A stretch of 29,932 nucleotides of DNA, taken from positions 1-29,932 of the IMG/VR virus record IMGVR_UViG_3300037424_000832; one strand, written 5' to 3'. The DNA comes from a virus. Taxonomy: Duplodnaviria > Caudoviricetes. The translations under genes and the position numbers were made by a program. Of this stretch, positions 7,286 to 15,273 are shown in pieces (position 1 is the first letter of the stretch; every line of letters starts with the position of its first letter). The notes under the pieces are model-generated. The model was not told the DNA's origin, made no database searches, and saw only the letters and a list, made by a program, of their open reading frames with translations.

Positions 7286-7587
7286 CAATAACTCGCGCAA
7301 ACAAAGTTTATGACATGTGCATTGATCAATTAAGGCTTGAAAGATACAGACGCCCTAAGGATAACATCTATAAGGCTTCTACGAGGCAATTGGCTATACT
7401 TAATTCTTACTTAAGCTTTAGTGAGCCAAGGCTTACTATAGCACAAGACTACGTATTAGATAAGCTTAAGGGCTTTTTGACATATGAGGTCGCATTAGTA
7501 GAGCGAGACACTGCCCATAAGATACAAAGCCTAATATTTTTCAGTCACGGGTCTGGGCTATATGATATAGAATTAAGTATACCATAG
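7282..7587 (+). CDS. hypothetical protein (101 aa)
   Basis: ORF track; ATGA translational coupling. Confidence 0.65.
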   Translation: MTITRANKVYDMCIDQLRLERYRRPKDNIYKASTRQLAILNSYLSFSEPRLTIAQDYVLDKLKGFLTYEVALVERDTAHKIQSLIFFSHGSGLYDIELSIP

Positions 7588-7661
7588 GAAACAAAAAATG
7601 AACAAAAGGGATGTTATATGTTTAAGATATTTAAAAAGAAAAAAATAATACCCGACGATAA

Positions 7662-7874
7662 ATGGAAATAGACAATCAACCCATTCCTGAGATTAAACAA
7701 AAGTTTGATCGTTTTTTATTAGATCCTTTTCATAGATACAAAACTTTATTAAAACATGCAAGAAAGCTTAGTAAAACAAATAATATGGATAAAAATTCTA
7801 AACGCTATAAAAAGATGATGGAAATTATAGACGAAAATGAGCAGAAAATTAACAAAGAAGAAAAAAGGGGCTAA
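7662..7874 (+). CDS. hypothetical protein (70 aa)
   Basis: ORF track; part of a packed + strand accessory block. Confidence 0.55.
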   Translation: MEIDNQPIPEIKQKFDRFLLDPFHRYKTLLKHARKLSKTNNMDKNSKRYKKMMEIIDENEQKINKEEKRG

Positions 7875-8067
7875 ATGGCGAAAGCATAAATTAAAAAATA
7901 ATCCATTCTATATAGCTTATTATGTTAATTTATACTTACCTTGTCTTATTAAGCGTTTGGAAAGAAGAAAAGACTTTTGGGGGGGTGCTAGTAAATTAGA
8001 AATCCCTAAAATGGGTAATATAATTAAATTTAGAAGGTATACAAAGGAAAATCATGAAATGGATTAA
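7837..8067 (+). CDS. small basic protein with a capsid-like IKFRRY motif (76 aa)
   Basis: ORF track; overlaps both neighbours; C-terminal IPKMGNIIKFRRY. Confidence 0.55.
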   Translation: MSRKLTKKKKGAKWRKHKLKNNPFYIAYYVNLYLPCLIKRLERRKDFWGGASKLEIPKMGNIIKFRRYTKENHEMD

Positions 8068-8230
8068 AGTCTCAGAAAAAATGCCTAATGAAGATGTTTT
8101 TTTAGTTTATGATGGAGACTATATCACTATAGGTCAGATGTATAATGGAAAGATATTTAGTTTAGAATTTATAGAAATTGAAGATGCAACCCATTGGATG
8201 CATTTGCCTAAACCACCAGAGAAAGACTAG
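8054..8230 (+). CDS. DUF551-family phage protein (58 aa)
   Basis: Not in ORF track. MKWIKVSEKMP...ATHWMHLPKPP matches the W-I-x-V-S-E-x-x-P ... T-H-W-M-x-L-P-x-P-P signature; AAGGA SD. Confidence 0.85.
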   Translation: MKWIKVSEKMPNEDVFLVYDGDYITIGQMYNGKIFSLEFIEIEDATHWMHLPKPPEKD

Positions 8231-8509
8231 ATGGAAGTAAATAAGTACGAGGAACTAAAGATCGGATTTGATAACCCCGCTATTATATTTAGTTTGGGAG
8301 GTGTTTGGGTTATTAAAATCGAAAAAAAAGATAACAAACATACTATAAGTTTTAATACTGAAGATTTGCCTGATTTAATTCCTGAAACTTTAGCTATAGC
8401 AGTATGCCAAATTTTAACTCAATCATCTTGGCTTGATGATATTATTAGAATAGAGGCTAAAAAGATTGTAGACAGACAGTTTAAAATAATCACAGGTGAG
8501 GAAAACTAG
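8231..8509 (+). CDS. hypothetical protein (92 aa)
   Basis: ORF track; the ATG directly follows the previous stop. Confidence 0.65.
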   Translation: MEVNKYEELKIGFDNPAIIFSLGGVWVIKIEKKDNKHTISFNTEDLPDLIPETLAIAVCQILTQSSWLDDIIRIEAKKIVDRQFKIITGEEN

Positions 8510-8556
8510 ATAAGATGAATTTAAAAACTCTCACAAAATACTAAGCAATATACACC

Positions 8557-8586
8557 TTGTAAAGTAAATAATTTATTTGATAGTAT
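8557..8586 (+). promoter_or_regulatory. conserved virion-gene promoter with embedded operator (portal operon)
   Basis: TTGTAA, 18 nt, TAGTAT with TGn extension; contains AAAGTA-N7-TATTTG (8561-8579). Confidence 0.65.
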
Positions 8587-8587
8587 G

Positions 8588-8606
8588 ACCTTATAATATA
8601 TAAGGT
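8588..8606 (+). promoter_or_regulatory. hairpin covering the portal ribosome-binding site
   Basis: ACCTTATA-ATA-TATAAGGT perfect 8-bp stem; the 3' arm contains TAAGGT, 5 nt before ATG 8612. Confidence 0.5.
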
Positions 8607-8611
8607 TAGAA

Positions 8612-10672
8612 ATGACAACAACAGCATATGAATCATCAAGACAATTAGATCAAAATTATTACACAGACAATGAAGAGGCTTATTCAATTAAGCAACTTAA
8701 AGAAGAAACATATAATCAATATATTTCTCAATATCAGGGTTATTGGAATGAAGCTAGAATAGATCAAAGATTCTATGCGGGTGATCAGACATTATATAAT
8801 GAGCTGTGGCCTGAAATTTCATCTTATAAAAAACGAAATTTTATGTTCAATATTGCCAGACCTAAAATTAATATGGTTTCAGGGCATCAAAGAAAACATA
8901 GAAAAGCAACGCAAGTATTGCCAAATACGGGAGAGGCAACTAAAACATCAGAGCAGTTGACTAAAGCTTTGCAATGGGCATATAACAACGACAATGTATA
9001 CAACAAAATATCGGACGCTTTTGAATCGGGAGCATTAATAAGCGGTTTTTCCCTGTTATCTATTGGACTTGACAGAACATGGGATATATCCAGCGGAGAC
9101 ATTAAAGTAAACCATTTAGCGTATAATTCTTTTATGCTAGATCATTTTTTTAGAGAACAAAATATGAGTGATTGTTCATTTGTTTGGACAAGAAAATGGG
9201 TTAATAAGACAGAGGCTAAATTTTTACTTCCGGATAGAGAAAAAGATATAGATGCGATAAGCCCTAATAGATATGGCTCAAAAGACCAAAGATTCTATTA
9301 TATGCCTGAAAATTACCAGTTCACGATTAAAAATTTGTATGCTTATGATGAATATTGGTATCAAGACACAAGAAAGGCTAAATTTTTATATGACATGGAA
9401 AGTGGAGAGCGAATCGAATGGGACGGGCCGGAAGAAAACCTTGATTTATTTTTAAAAATGAATCCAAGTGTAAAATTAAGAACAATAGAAATTCCGACTG
9501 TTAAATTAGCAATAAGTTTGAATGACCAAATTTTATACAACGGATCAAACCCTCTTAAGACGGATTCTTACCCTTTTGTACCTGTAATAGGTTTTTGGGA
9601 TCCGGACAATATATATTTTTCTTGGCGTATGCAAGGCCTAATAAGAGGATTAAGAGATGCACAGTATTTATTTAACAGAAGAAAAGTAATTGAACTAGAC
9701 ATTTTAGAATCTCAAATAAATTCCGGCATGAAGGTTATGCAAGGCTCATTGGTTGATAATAATGATGTGTTAAAACGAGGACAGGGTCAACCTTTATTTA
9801 TTAAGTCTACAGCGCCATTGGGCATGGATAGTGTGCAACAATTAGTACCGCCTGCAATACCTCCGACAACAATTCAATTATCGCAAGAATTAAACTCATT
9901 AACGCAGCAAGTTCTTGGAATAACAGATGAATTGATGGGGATGGCATCAGATGACCAAGCCGGCATTACAACAATGCTTAAACAGGGAGCCGGGCTTGTA
10001 ACACTTGAAAAACTATTTGATCAATTAGATTTATCTCAAAAGATATTAGGGGATAAAACAATTGAAATAATTCAAAAGAATTGGACAGCTGCAAAAATTA
10101 GAAGGGTAATAAACGAAGAACCTACAGAAGAATTTACAAGCAAAGCGTTTAAAAAGTATGGTTGCACAGTAGCAGAAGGCTTATTAACAGACACACAACA
10201 AAAATTAGAGTTTATATCTTATTTAAATTTACAAACAGCAATCGGAGAAAAATTTCCTGTTGATTTATTAATAGACAAAGCTCCAATTCAAGGTAAAAGC
10301 GAGCTTAAAGAAGGGATTTTAAAAGCTCAGCAAGCAGAGTCGCAAGCGGCCGAAATGCAGCAACAAATGCAATTGAAAGCTCAAGAAGTTGATAATCAAA
10401 CAAAAATATCATTTAGTGAAGCGCAACATTCATTAGCGTATGAAAGAATAGCAAAAGTACAAGAAGAGAAAAATAAAGCTATTACAGAGCAATATAAAGC
10501 AGAAGAAGAAAAAACTAATAGCATTTTAAATCTAATAAAAGTTATGAAAGAAATAGACGGATTGGATTTAACGAATCTTCAATCGAAAGTAAACATATTA
10601 AAAGAAATAAGTACAGGAATAACAAATGAAAACGAAAGTAAAGAAGAAAGTAGCGAAAAAGCCGGTAAGTAA
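8612..10672 (+). CDS. portal protein (P22-like, 686 aa)
   Basis: RFYAGDQ, FNIARPKINMVSGHQR, YPFVP, GLIRGLRDAQYLFNRR and GITDELMG motifs plus a Q-rich C-terminal coiled coil; lies between terminase and capsid genes. Confidence 0.9.
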   Translation: MTTTAYESSRQLDQNYYTDNEEAYSIKQLKEETYNQYISQYQGYWNEARIDQRFYAGDQTLYNELWPEISSYKKRNFMFNIARPKINMVSGHQRKHRKATQVLPNTGEATKTSEQLTKALQWAYNNDNVYNKISDAFESGALISGFSLLSIGLDRTWDISSGDIKVNHLAYNSFMLDHFFREQNMSDCSFVWTRKWVNKTEAKFLLPDREKDIDAISPNRYGSKDQRFYYMPENYQFTIKNLYAYDEYWYQDTRKAKFLYDMESGERIEWDGPEENLDLFLKMNPSVKLRTIEIPTVKLAISLNDQILYNGSNPLKTDSYPFVPVIGFWDPDNIYFSWRMQGLIRGLRDAQYLFNRRKVIELDILESQINSGMKVMQGSLVDNNDVLKRGQGQPLFIKSTAPLGMDSVQQLVPPAIPPTTIQLSQELNSLTQQVLGITDELMGMASDDQAGITTMLKQGAGLVTLEKLFDQLDLSQKILGDKTIEIIQKNWTAAKIRRVINEEPTEEFTSKAFKKYGCTVAEGLLTDTQQKLEFISYLNLQTAIGEKFPVDLLIDKAPIQGKSELKEGILKAQQAESQAAEMQQQMQLKAQEVDNQTKISFSEAQHSLAYERIAKVQEEKNKAITEQYKAEEEKTNSILNLIKVMKEIDGLDLTNLQSKVNILKEISTGITNENESKEESSEKAGK

Positions 10673-10796
10673 AAAAATGTTAATTAAACATTTAAAAGGC
10701 GATGTTAAAAATTATGACGAAGAAGCTAAAGAAGATAAAATTTTAATAAAGAAGATAAAAACAAAAGGTCTTCCAAAAGTTGGGAGAAAGCTATAA
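10626..10796 (+). CDS. small Lys-rich protein (56 aa)
   Basis: Not in ORF track. MKTKVKKKVAKKPVSKKMLIKHLKGDVKNYDEEAKEDKILIKKIKTKGLPKVGRKL; AGGA SD; overlaps the portal 3' end; stop abuts the next ATG. Confidence 0.65.
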   Translation: MKTKVKKKVAKKPVSKKMLIKHLKGDVKNYDEEAKEDKILIKKIKTKGLPKVGRKL

Positions 10797-11108
10797 ATGA
10801 TTTGCAAAACATTCAATAAAATTATAGATAGGTTATTATTTATTTTAATGGACATAACTATAAAAATCGGAAAAAAAATATCAATAAAGCTACAAAAAAG
10901 GATTGAGAAAAGAAATGGCAAAAGAAAAATGGATTCAAGCAATGCACATGAAAAAAGGAGCGTTGCACAAAGAAATGGGAATAGAGCAAGGAAAAAAAAT
11001 TCCGGCAAAAAAACTTGCCAAAGCTGCAAAAGCAAAGGGAATACTCGGGAAAAGAGCAAAACTTGCAAAAACATTAAAAAAATTCAAAAAATAAAAAAGA
11101 AAAGGTAG
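10797..11108 (+). CDS. possible basic hypothetical protein (3' half overlaps the next gene)
   Basis: ORF track; GGGAG SD and TAA-ATG coupling support the start, but it completely overlaps 10915..11094. Confidence 0.35.
   Translation: MICKTFNKIIDRLLFILMDITIKIGKKISIKLQKRIEKRNGKRKMDSSNAHEKRSVAQRNGNRARKKNSGKKTCQSCKSKGNTREKSKTCKNIKKIQKIKKKR
10915..11094 (+). CDS. small highly basic phage protein (59 aa)
   Basis: MAKEKWIQAMHMKKGALHKEMG...KIPAKKLAKAAK..G.LGKRAKLAKTLKK; a pattern I recall from small proteins near phage head genes. Confidence 0.75.
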   Translation: MAKEKWIQAMHMKKGALHKEMGIEQGKKIPAKKLAKAAKAKGILGKRAKLAKTLKKFKK

Positions 11109-11110
11109 CA

Positions 11111-11269
11111 ATGTTATATTTGATTGCATTTGCATTAAGTTTAACTGTTTCAAATAGCGTAATTTCTTCTTTGTTTTACGCTTTATTTGGAAGGTTTTAC
11201 ATAATATATTATTTGATAATTTACTATAATATTTGGTGGCCATTTGTAAATGGATTAATAACCGTTTAA
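11111..11269 (+). CDS. small integral membrane protein (52 aa)
   Basis: Not in ORF track. MLYLIAFALSLTVSNSVISSLFYALFGRFYIIYYLIIYYNIWWPFVNGLITV; AAAGGT SD; fills an apparent gap. Confidence 0.6.
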   Translation: MLYLIAFALSLTVSNSVISSLFYALFGRFYIIYYLIIYYNIWWPFVNGLITV

Positions 11270-11280
11270 AAGGAAAAAAA

Positions 11281-11493
11281 ATGTTAATAAAATATGAATT
11301 TAATACACAAAAAGATGGGGATGAATATCTTCATGAAGTGTTTTTAAAAGCTGAAGATATGTACAAAGCCTTATGTGAACTTCAAAGGTACGCAAGAGGT
11401 TTAAATAAGGGTTGGGTGCAAGATGATGCCCAAACAATTGTAGAACATATCTTTGATTGCATTTTTGATTCTAAAATTAACGATATAGAATAA
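11281..11493 (+). CDS. hypothetical phage protein (70 aa)
   Basis: ORF track 11233..11493; the ATG at 11281 has an AAGGA SD. Confidence 0.7.
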   Translation: MLIKYEFNTQKDGDEYLHEVFLKAEDMYKALCELQRYARGLNKGWVQDDAQTIVEHIFDCIFDSKINDIE

Positions 11494-11501
11494 GGTTTAA
11501 T

Positions 11502-11852
11502 ATGTGGGTTAGATTTTTTACAATTTTTAGTTTTTTTTTACTATTAATTATAGGCTCATGCAGTATTTCTAATAATACGCCTCCTGTAATAGAAGAGTTG
11601 AAAAATTTGGATACAAATGATTTTTATTTGTATAAAAAGATACAAATAGATAAAAAGGAATTTAAAAAGCCATATATATATAAGCCACGTAAAAAAATAG
11701 ATTTTGACAGAAAAAAAACAATCACAACCGACAAAAAAAAGGAATTGGAAGAAAATGACTCAATTTATCAATTTTCTACTTTTAATTTACCTAACATTTT
11801 CTTTAACCCCTTTGAGATCAATTTTGAAGCTTATTGTAAAAAAAATATTTGA
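11502..11852 (+). CDS. putative lipoprotein / exported protein (116 aa)
   Basis: Signal-like N-terminus MWVRFFTIFSFFLLLIIGSC ending in a lipobox-like IGSC; TAAGGT SD. Confidence 0.55.
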   Translation: MWVRFFTIFSFFLLLIIGSCSISNNTPPVIEELKNLDTNDFYLYKKIQIDKKEFKKPYIYKPRKKIDFDRKKTITTDKKKELEENDSIYQFSTFNLPNIFFNPFEINFEAYCKKNI

Positions 11853-11897
11853 TTCGTTATAGTGAAATTAGGTTTAAACCCAAAAACAAGGCAAAAT

Positions 11898-12062
11898 ATG
11901 AAAAAAGAAATGAAAAAAGACAAATCTATGTCGCTTCCAAAAGTAGGCGCTAGATTAGAAAGTAATGGTTCAATGAATTATGATAGCATCCAAAATAAAA
12001 TGGATTCTAAAGACATATCTAAATTAAAAAGCGAAAAATATAAAGATTGCAGATATGAATAA
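11898..12062 (+). CDS. small basic hypothetical protein (54 aa)
   Basis: ORF track 11862..12062; ATG at 11898 with AAGG upstream; followed by a terminator. Confidence 0.6.
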   Translation: MKKEMKKDKSMSLPKVGARLESNGSMNYDSIQNKMDSKDISKLKSEKYKDCRYE

Positions 12063-12064
12063 TT

Positions 12065-12089
12065 AAAAAGGGCGATTTTTCGCCCTTTT
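12065..12089. terminator. bidirectional intrinsic terminator
   Basis: AAAAGGGCGA-TTTT-TCGCCCTTTT between convergent genes. Confidence 0.85.
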
Positions 12090-12516
12090 AAACTAATTTT
12101 CCTGCTTTAAATTTCTCAATACATTCTATAAGAAACGGATCAAATGAATATCTGTTGTGTAAAAAGGTATTAAATGCCCTTACATCGGGAAGAGTCCATT
12201 CCAGTGATAATTTTTCAGTAGATGGGTCAAACGAAAACAATGTAAGCCCTTGTTCAGGGTTAGGACGAGTGTGTCTTGATTGCACATATACTTCCATTAC
12301 CCTTTGTAATTTATAGTTTTTTTTAAAATAAACAATTAAATAAAACTTTTCTTTCCATTCCGGCAATACTCTTCTCTCGTCAATTTGCCTCCAAATTTCT
12401 TTCATTACTTCTTTGTTGCCGACTTCTTCAATAAGTTCGCCAACCTCTATTTGCTCTTTCATATGAGCGTCTTGAGTTTCCTGCAATAATTTCCCAATTT
12501 TCTTTCTTTCTTGCAT
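12088..12516 (-). CDS. hypothetical phage protein (142 aa)
   Basis: ORF track; GGTG SD; globular-looking composition; divergent from the scaffold gene. Confidence 0.8.
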   Translation of the reverse strand: MQERKKIGKLLQETQDAHMKEQIEVGELIEEVGNKEVMKEIWRQIDERRVLPEWKEKFYLIVYFKKNYKLQRVMEVYVQSRHTRPNPEQGLTLFSFDPSTEKLSLEWTLPDVRAFNTFLHNRYSFDPFLIECIEKFKAGKLV

Positions 12517-12526
12517 TTTTCACCGT

Positions 12527-12594
12527 CAATTATTTTTTTTACATGATACTTGTATACTAAAATATTTATTTGATATAAGTAAAGAATATAATTG
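12527..12594 (+). promoter_or_regulatory. conserved virion-gene promoter with three operator-like sites (head operon)
   Basis: TTGTAT (12550-12555), 18 nt, TATAAG (12574-12579) with TGn. Sites: CAATTA-N7-TACATG (12527), ATACTA-N7-TATTTG (12554), TAAGTA-N7-TAATTG (12576). Confidence 0.65.
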
Positions 12595-12637
12595 ATAGTG
12601 CGTATAACGTAGGTTCGCACACCTACAAAGGAAAAAT

Positions 12638-13324
12638 ATGAGCGAAGATAAAGAAACAGCCGTTACTGAACAGGCACTCGGCACTCCTGATAATTCAGAT
12701 GCTCTAGAATCTAAGTCTACTGAACCCAAAGAAGGGTCTAAAGAATATAACTTCCGAAGACTTGAACAAGAAAAAAAGGAAACAGAAGAAAGACTTAGAG
12801 AAGAGAAAAGATTAAATCAAGAGCTGAAAAGTGCAATTGACAATATTGCAAATCCTAAAAAACAAGTAGAAGACGAAGAAATCAATCTTTCTGATGACGA
12901 TCTGCCGGAATGGAAGCATGTAAAAAAATATGCTGAAAAAATAGCAGAGTCAAAATTCAATGAGCTTTCTACTAAAAAGGAAAAAGCAACATTGCCGGAT
13001 AGAGCAAGACAAAAGTTTTCAGACTTTGATGCGATCGTATCTCAAGAAAACGTATCTAAACTAGAAAAAGAACACCCTGATATTGCGCTAGGACTTATTC
13101 ATTCACAAGATCCTTTTTCTGCTACTTATAAAATTTTAAAACAATTTTACGGGCAAAAAGAGGTTAATCCGGAAGTTAAAGAAGAAATCGAAAAAATGGA
13201 AGAAAATTCCAACAAAATACGATCTATCAACACTTCAGGAGCTTTAAAAAATGCTTCTGCCTTTGCAAAAAAATCTAAAGCAGAACTTTATAAAGAAATG
13301 ATGTCATTCGCAAGCAGGTATTAA
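12638..13324 (+). CDS. capsid scaffolding protein (putative)
   Basis: Acidic disordered N-terminus, E/K-rich coiled coil, immediately upstream of the major capsid gene. Confidence 0.7.
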   Translation: MSEDKETAVTEQALGTPDNSDALESKSTEPKEGSKEYNFRRLEQEKKETEERLREEKRLNQELKSAIDNIANPKKQVEDEEINLSDDDLPEWKHVKKYAEKIAESKFNELSTKKEKATLPDRARQKFSDFDAIVSQENVSKLEKEHPDIALGLIHSQDPFSATYKILKQFYGQKEVNPEVKEEIEKMEENSNKIRSINTSGALKNASAFAKKSKAELYKEMMSFASRY

Positions 13325-13334
13325 GGAGAAATAA

Positions 13335-14279
13335 ATGACAACAACAACGAATATTTTACCACCTCCTGTTCAGCAACAATTCAGTGAAAAAATGTTATCA
13401 ACTCCAATGGCAAGATTGGTACATAACCTTTTTGCAGTTCCTAGAACTATGGAAGGCGATAATGGAAAAACTTTAAGAATGAGACGTTATAATAGAATTC
13501 AAACAGCTCCTTCTCCGGTAGATCCATTATTTTTAAATCCACCTGCTCAAAGACTTACTGAAATTGATATTGATGCAACAGTGAATTGGTATAGCACATA
13601 TATAGTGCTTACAAGAGAGGTTACCGCAATTAATCAAGACCCTGTTTTAAATCAAGCCGCGGCAAGACTTGGACAGTCCTTAAGAGAGACCGAAGATGAA
13701 CTTATGAAAAATCTTTTGGAATCTACAGCAGCTTCAATAAATTGTGTTGGGGGGACTAATGGGGATAACCCTACAAATCCTACAGCTAACGATTTTGATC
13801 AAGTTGTAGCGGCTCTTCAATACGCTAATGCTGACTTTGTGTCTAACATTATTGAAGGAGAAGACAGATTAGGAACAGGTCCTGTTGGAGAAGCATATTT
13901 TTGCATGGCTTCAAATCTTTTGATTCCATCGCTTCAAAATATGACAGACTTTATCAGACGTCAAGAATACCCGAAAGTACAGAATTTGTTAAGTGCGGAG
14001 TGGGGAAGCTTAGGGAACGTTAGATTTGTATTATCGAGTTTCGGTTCTATTACACCTAACGCATCTCTTTTAGGAGCAGACGTTTATAACATGTTCATTA
14101 CAGGACAGGAAGCATATACTAGCATAGAATTAGCAGGAGAAAATGCTAAATTTATCTATCATCCGGCTGGTCATGGCGATGATCCGTGTGAACTTAGAAA
14201 AACTGCAGCTTATCGTTTTGCTCATGCAAGAGCAATTACCAACGATGCTTGGCTTACAAATTTAAGATGCACAATCTAA
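13335..14279 (+). CDS. major capsid protein, N4-gp56 family (314 aa)
   Basis: GKTLRMRRY, DPVLNQAAARLG, GTGPVGEAY, EWGSLGNVRFV and DVYNMFITGQEAY motifs; strong TAAGGAG SD. Confidence 0.9.
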   Translation: MTTTTNILPPPVQQQFSEKMLSTPMARLVHNLFAVPRTMEGDNGKTLRMRRYNRIQTAPSPVDPLFLNPPAQRLTEIDIDATVNWYSTYIVLTREVTAINQDPVLNQAAARLGQSLRETEDELMKNLLESTAASINCVGGTNGDNPTNPTANDFDQVVAALQYANADFVSNIIEGEDRLGTGPVGEAYFCMASNLLIPSLQNMTDFIRRQEYPKVQNLLSAEWGSLGNVRFVLSSFGSITPNASLLGADVYNMFITGQEAYTSIELAGENAKFIYHPAGHGDDPCELRKTAAYRFAHARAITNDAWLTNLRCTI

Positions 14280-14289
14280 GGGAGGATTT

Positions 14290-15225
14290 ATGAGTACAAC
14301 ACAAACTTTAATAGCTTATGGATCTTTCACTTCTGATGGAACAGCAAGATCAATAGAATTGCCATCCGGCGTTTCTAAATTTGAAATAACAAATAGAACT
14401 GATTGGGGTCAAAACCCTGCCGGTATAGTTAAATCATGGTGGCAAAAACCAATGGCTAACTATTCAGCGCAGCAGTTTAGTGAAGCCGGTGACGGAACAT
14501 TATCAGCTGTAGCAGTTACTACTAATGGTATAGCGGAAATTACATGGCCTACAGGCCCCGGTAGTGAAGTTGCTATAACAAATATCAGCAAAGCAAACGG
14601 AGCTGTTGCCTTAACAGGAACAACAACTGCTATCGGCGATATTGTTAGAATATATGATTCTACTGATATGTATCAAATTGGTTCAATGGACTTTACTGTT
14701 ACAGCAGTAAATGCCGGTGTATCAATAACCCTTGGATATTTAAATTCTACAGGATTTGCTGATGTAGCGTCTGCTGCAAAATACAGAAAAGTAAGCGATC
14801 TTAAGTATTACCCAAGAAAAAGATATATTACAGCAATAACAGCAGGAGCAACAACAGATATTCAATTATCTGTTACATGCGGTTATAGCGTTAATGAATA
14901 TATCACAGTATATTGCACATCTGATTTTGGTATGTCAGAAATAAATGGCAAAACAGGAAAAATCACAGCAGTAAATACTACTACAAATACAATTACTGTA
15001 GATATTGATTCGTCAACATTTACAGCATTTGCATTTCCGACATCAGCAGCAGCAGCAGCGGGGGTAACATTCCCTACAACTGTGCCTGCGGGTGAATTTG
15101 CAACAATTTTAACACAAGCTTATGTAGATAAAGGAGCAATCCAAATCTATTTAGGTTCAAGTGTTGTTGGAGCGAATGGAAAAGTAATGGATTGGGTTGC
15201 CTATAAAGGTGAGCTAATAGACTAA
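14290..15225 (+). CDS. capsid-associated / decoration protein with two E1-FCCH-like beta domains
   Basis: Follows the MCP with a GGAGG SD; Thr/Ala/Gly-rich; ITNISKANGAV... and ...GMSEINGKTGKI...TITVDIDSSTFTAF. Confidence 0.7.
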   Translation: MSTTQTLIAYGSFTSDGTARSIELPSGVSKFEITNRTDWGQNPAGIVKSWWQKPMANYSAQQFSEAGDGTLSAVAVTTNGIAEITWPTGPGSEVAITNISKANGAVALTGTTTAIGDIVRIYDSTDMYQIGSMDFTVTAVNAGVSITLGYLNSTGFADVASAAKYRKVSDLKYYPRKRYITAITAGATTDIQLSVTCGYSVNEYITVYCTSDFGMSEINGKTGKITAVNTTTNTITVDIDSSTFTAFAFPTSAAAAAGVTFPTTVPAGEFATILTQAYVDKGAIQIYLGSSVVGANGKVMDWVAYKGELID

Positions 15226-15233
15226 AAAAAATC

Positions 15234-15254
15234 GGGAGGGATTTATTCCCTCCC
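15234..15254. terminator. GC-rich hairpin after the capsid genes (attenuator or 3' stabiliser; U-tract only on the minus strand)
   Basis: GGGAGGGA-TTTAT-TCCCTCCC preceded by an A8 tract. Confidence 0.65.
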
Positions 15255-15273
15255 CTAATAAAAAAGGAAGAAT

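Noticed and set aside
7618-7671. SD-led 17-codon ORF MFKIFKKKKIIPDDKWK that could be a frameshifted N-terminus of 7662..7874
   Set aside because: A TAA lies immediately before 7662 in that frame, so slippage at the upstream A-run would not join them; a single-base indel is possible but untestable here.
8557-8586. Bacteroidota-type TAnnTTTG promoter reading of the repeated motif
   Set aside because: The spacing does not fit (TATTTG), and genes carry canonical SD and TTGACA/TATAAT-like elements.
8775-9455. Short alternative-frame ORFs inside the portal gene
   Set aside because: Short, with no motifs, unlike the MTase nested frame.
11197-11230. Operator-like TATTATTTGATA and a TATAAT
   Set aside because: The left half-site does not match, there is no correctly spaced -35, and it lies inside the 11111-11269 membrane-protein ORF.
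10712-11243. Hydrophobic minus-strand ORFs 10712-11074 and 10935-11243
   Set aside because: Phe/Leu richness is the reverse complement of Lys-rich + strand genes.
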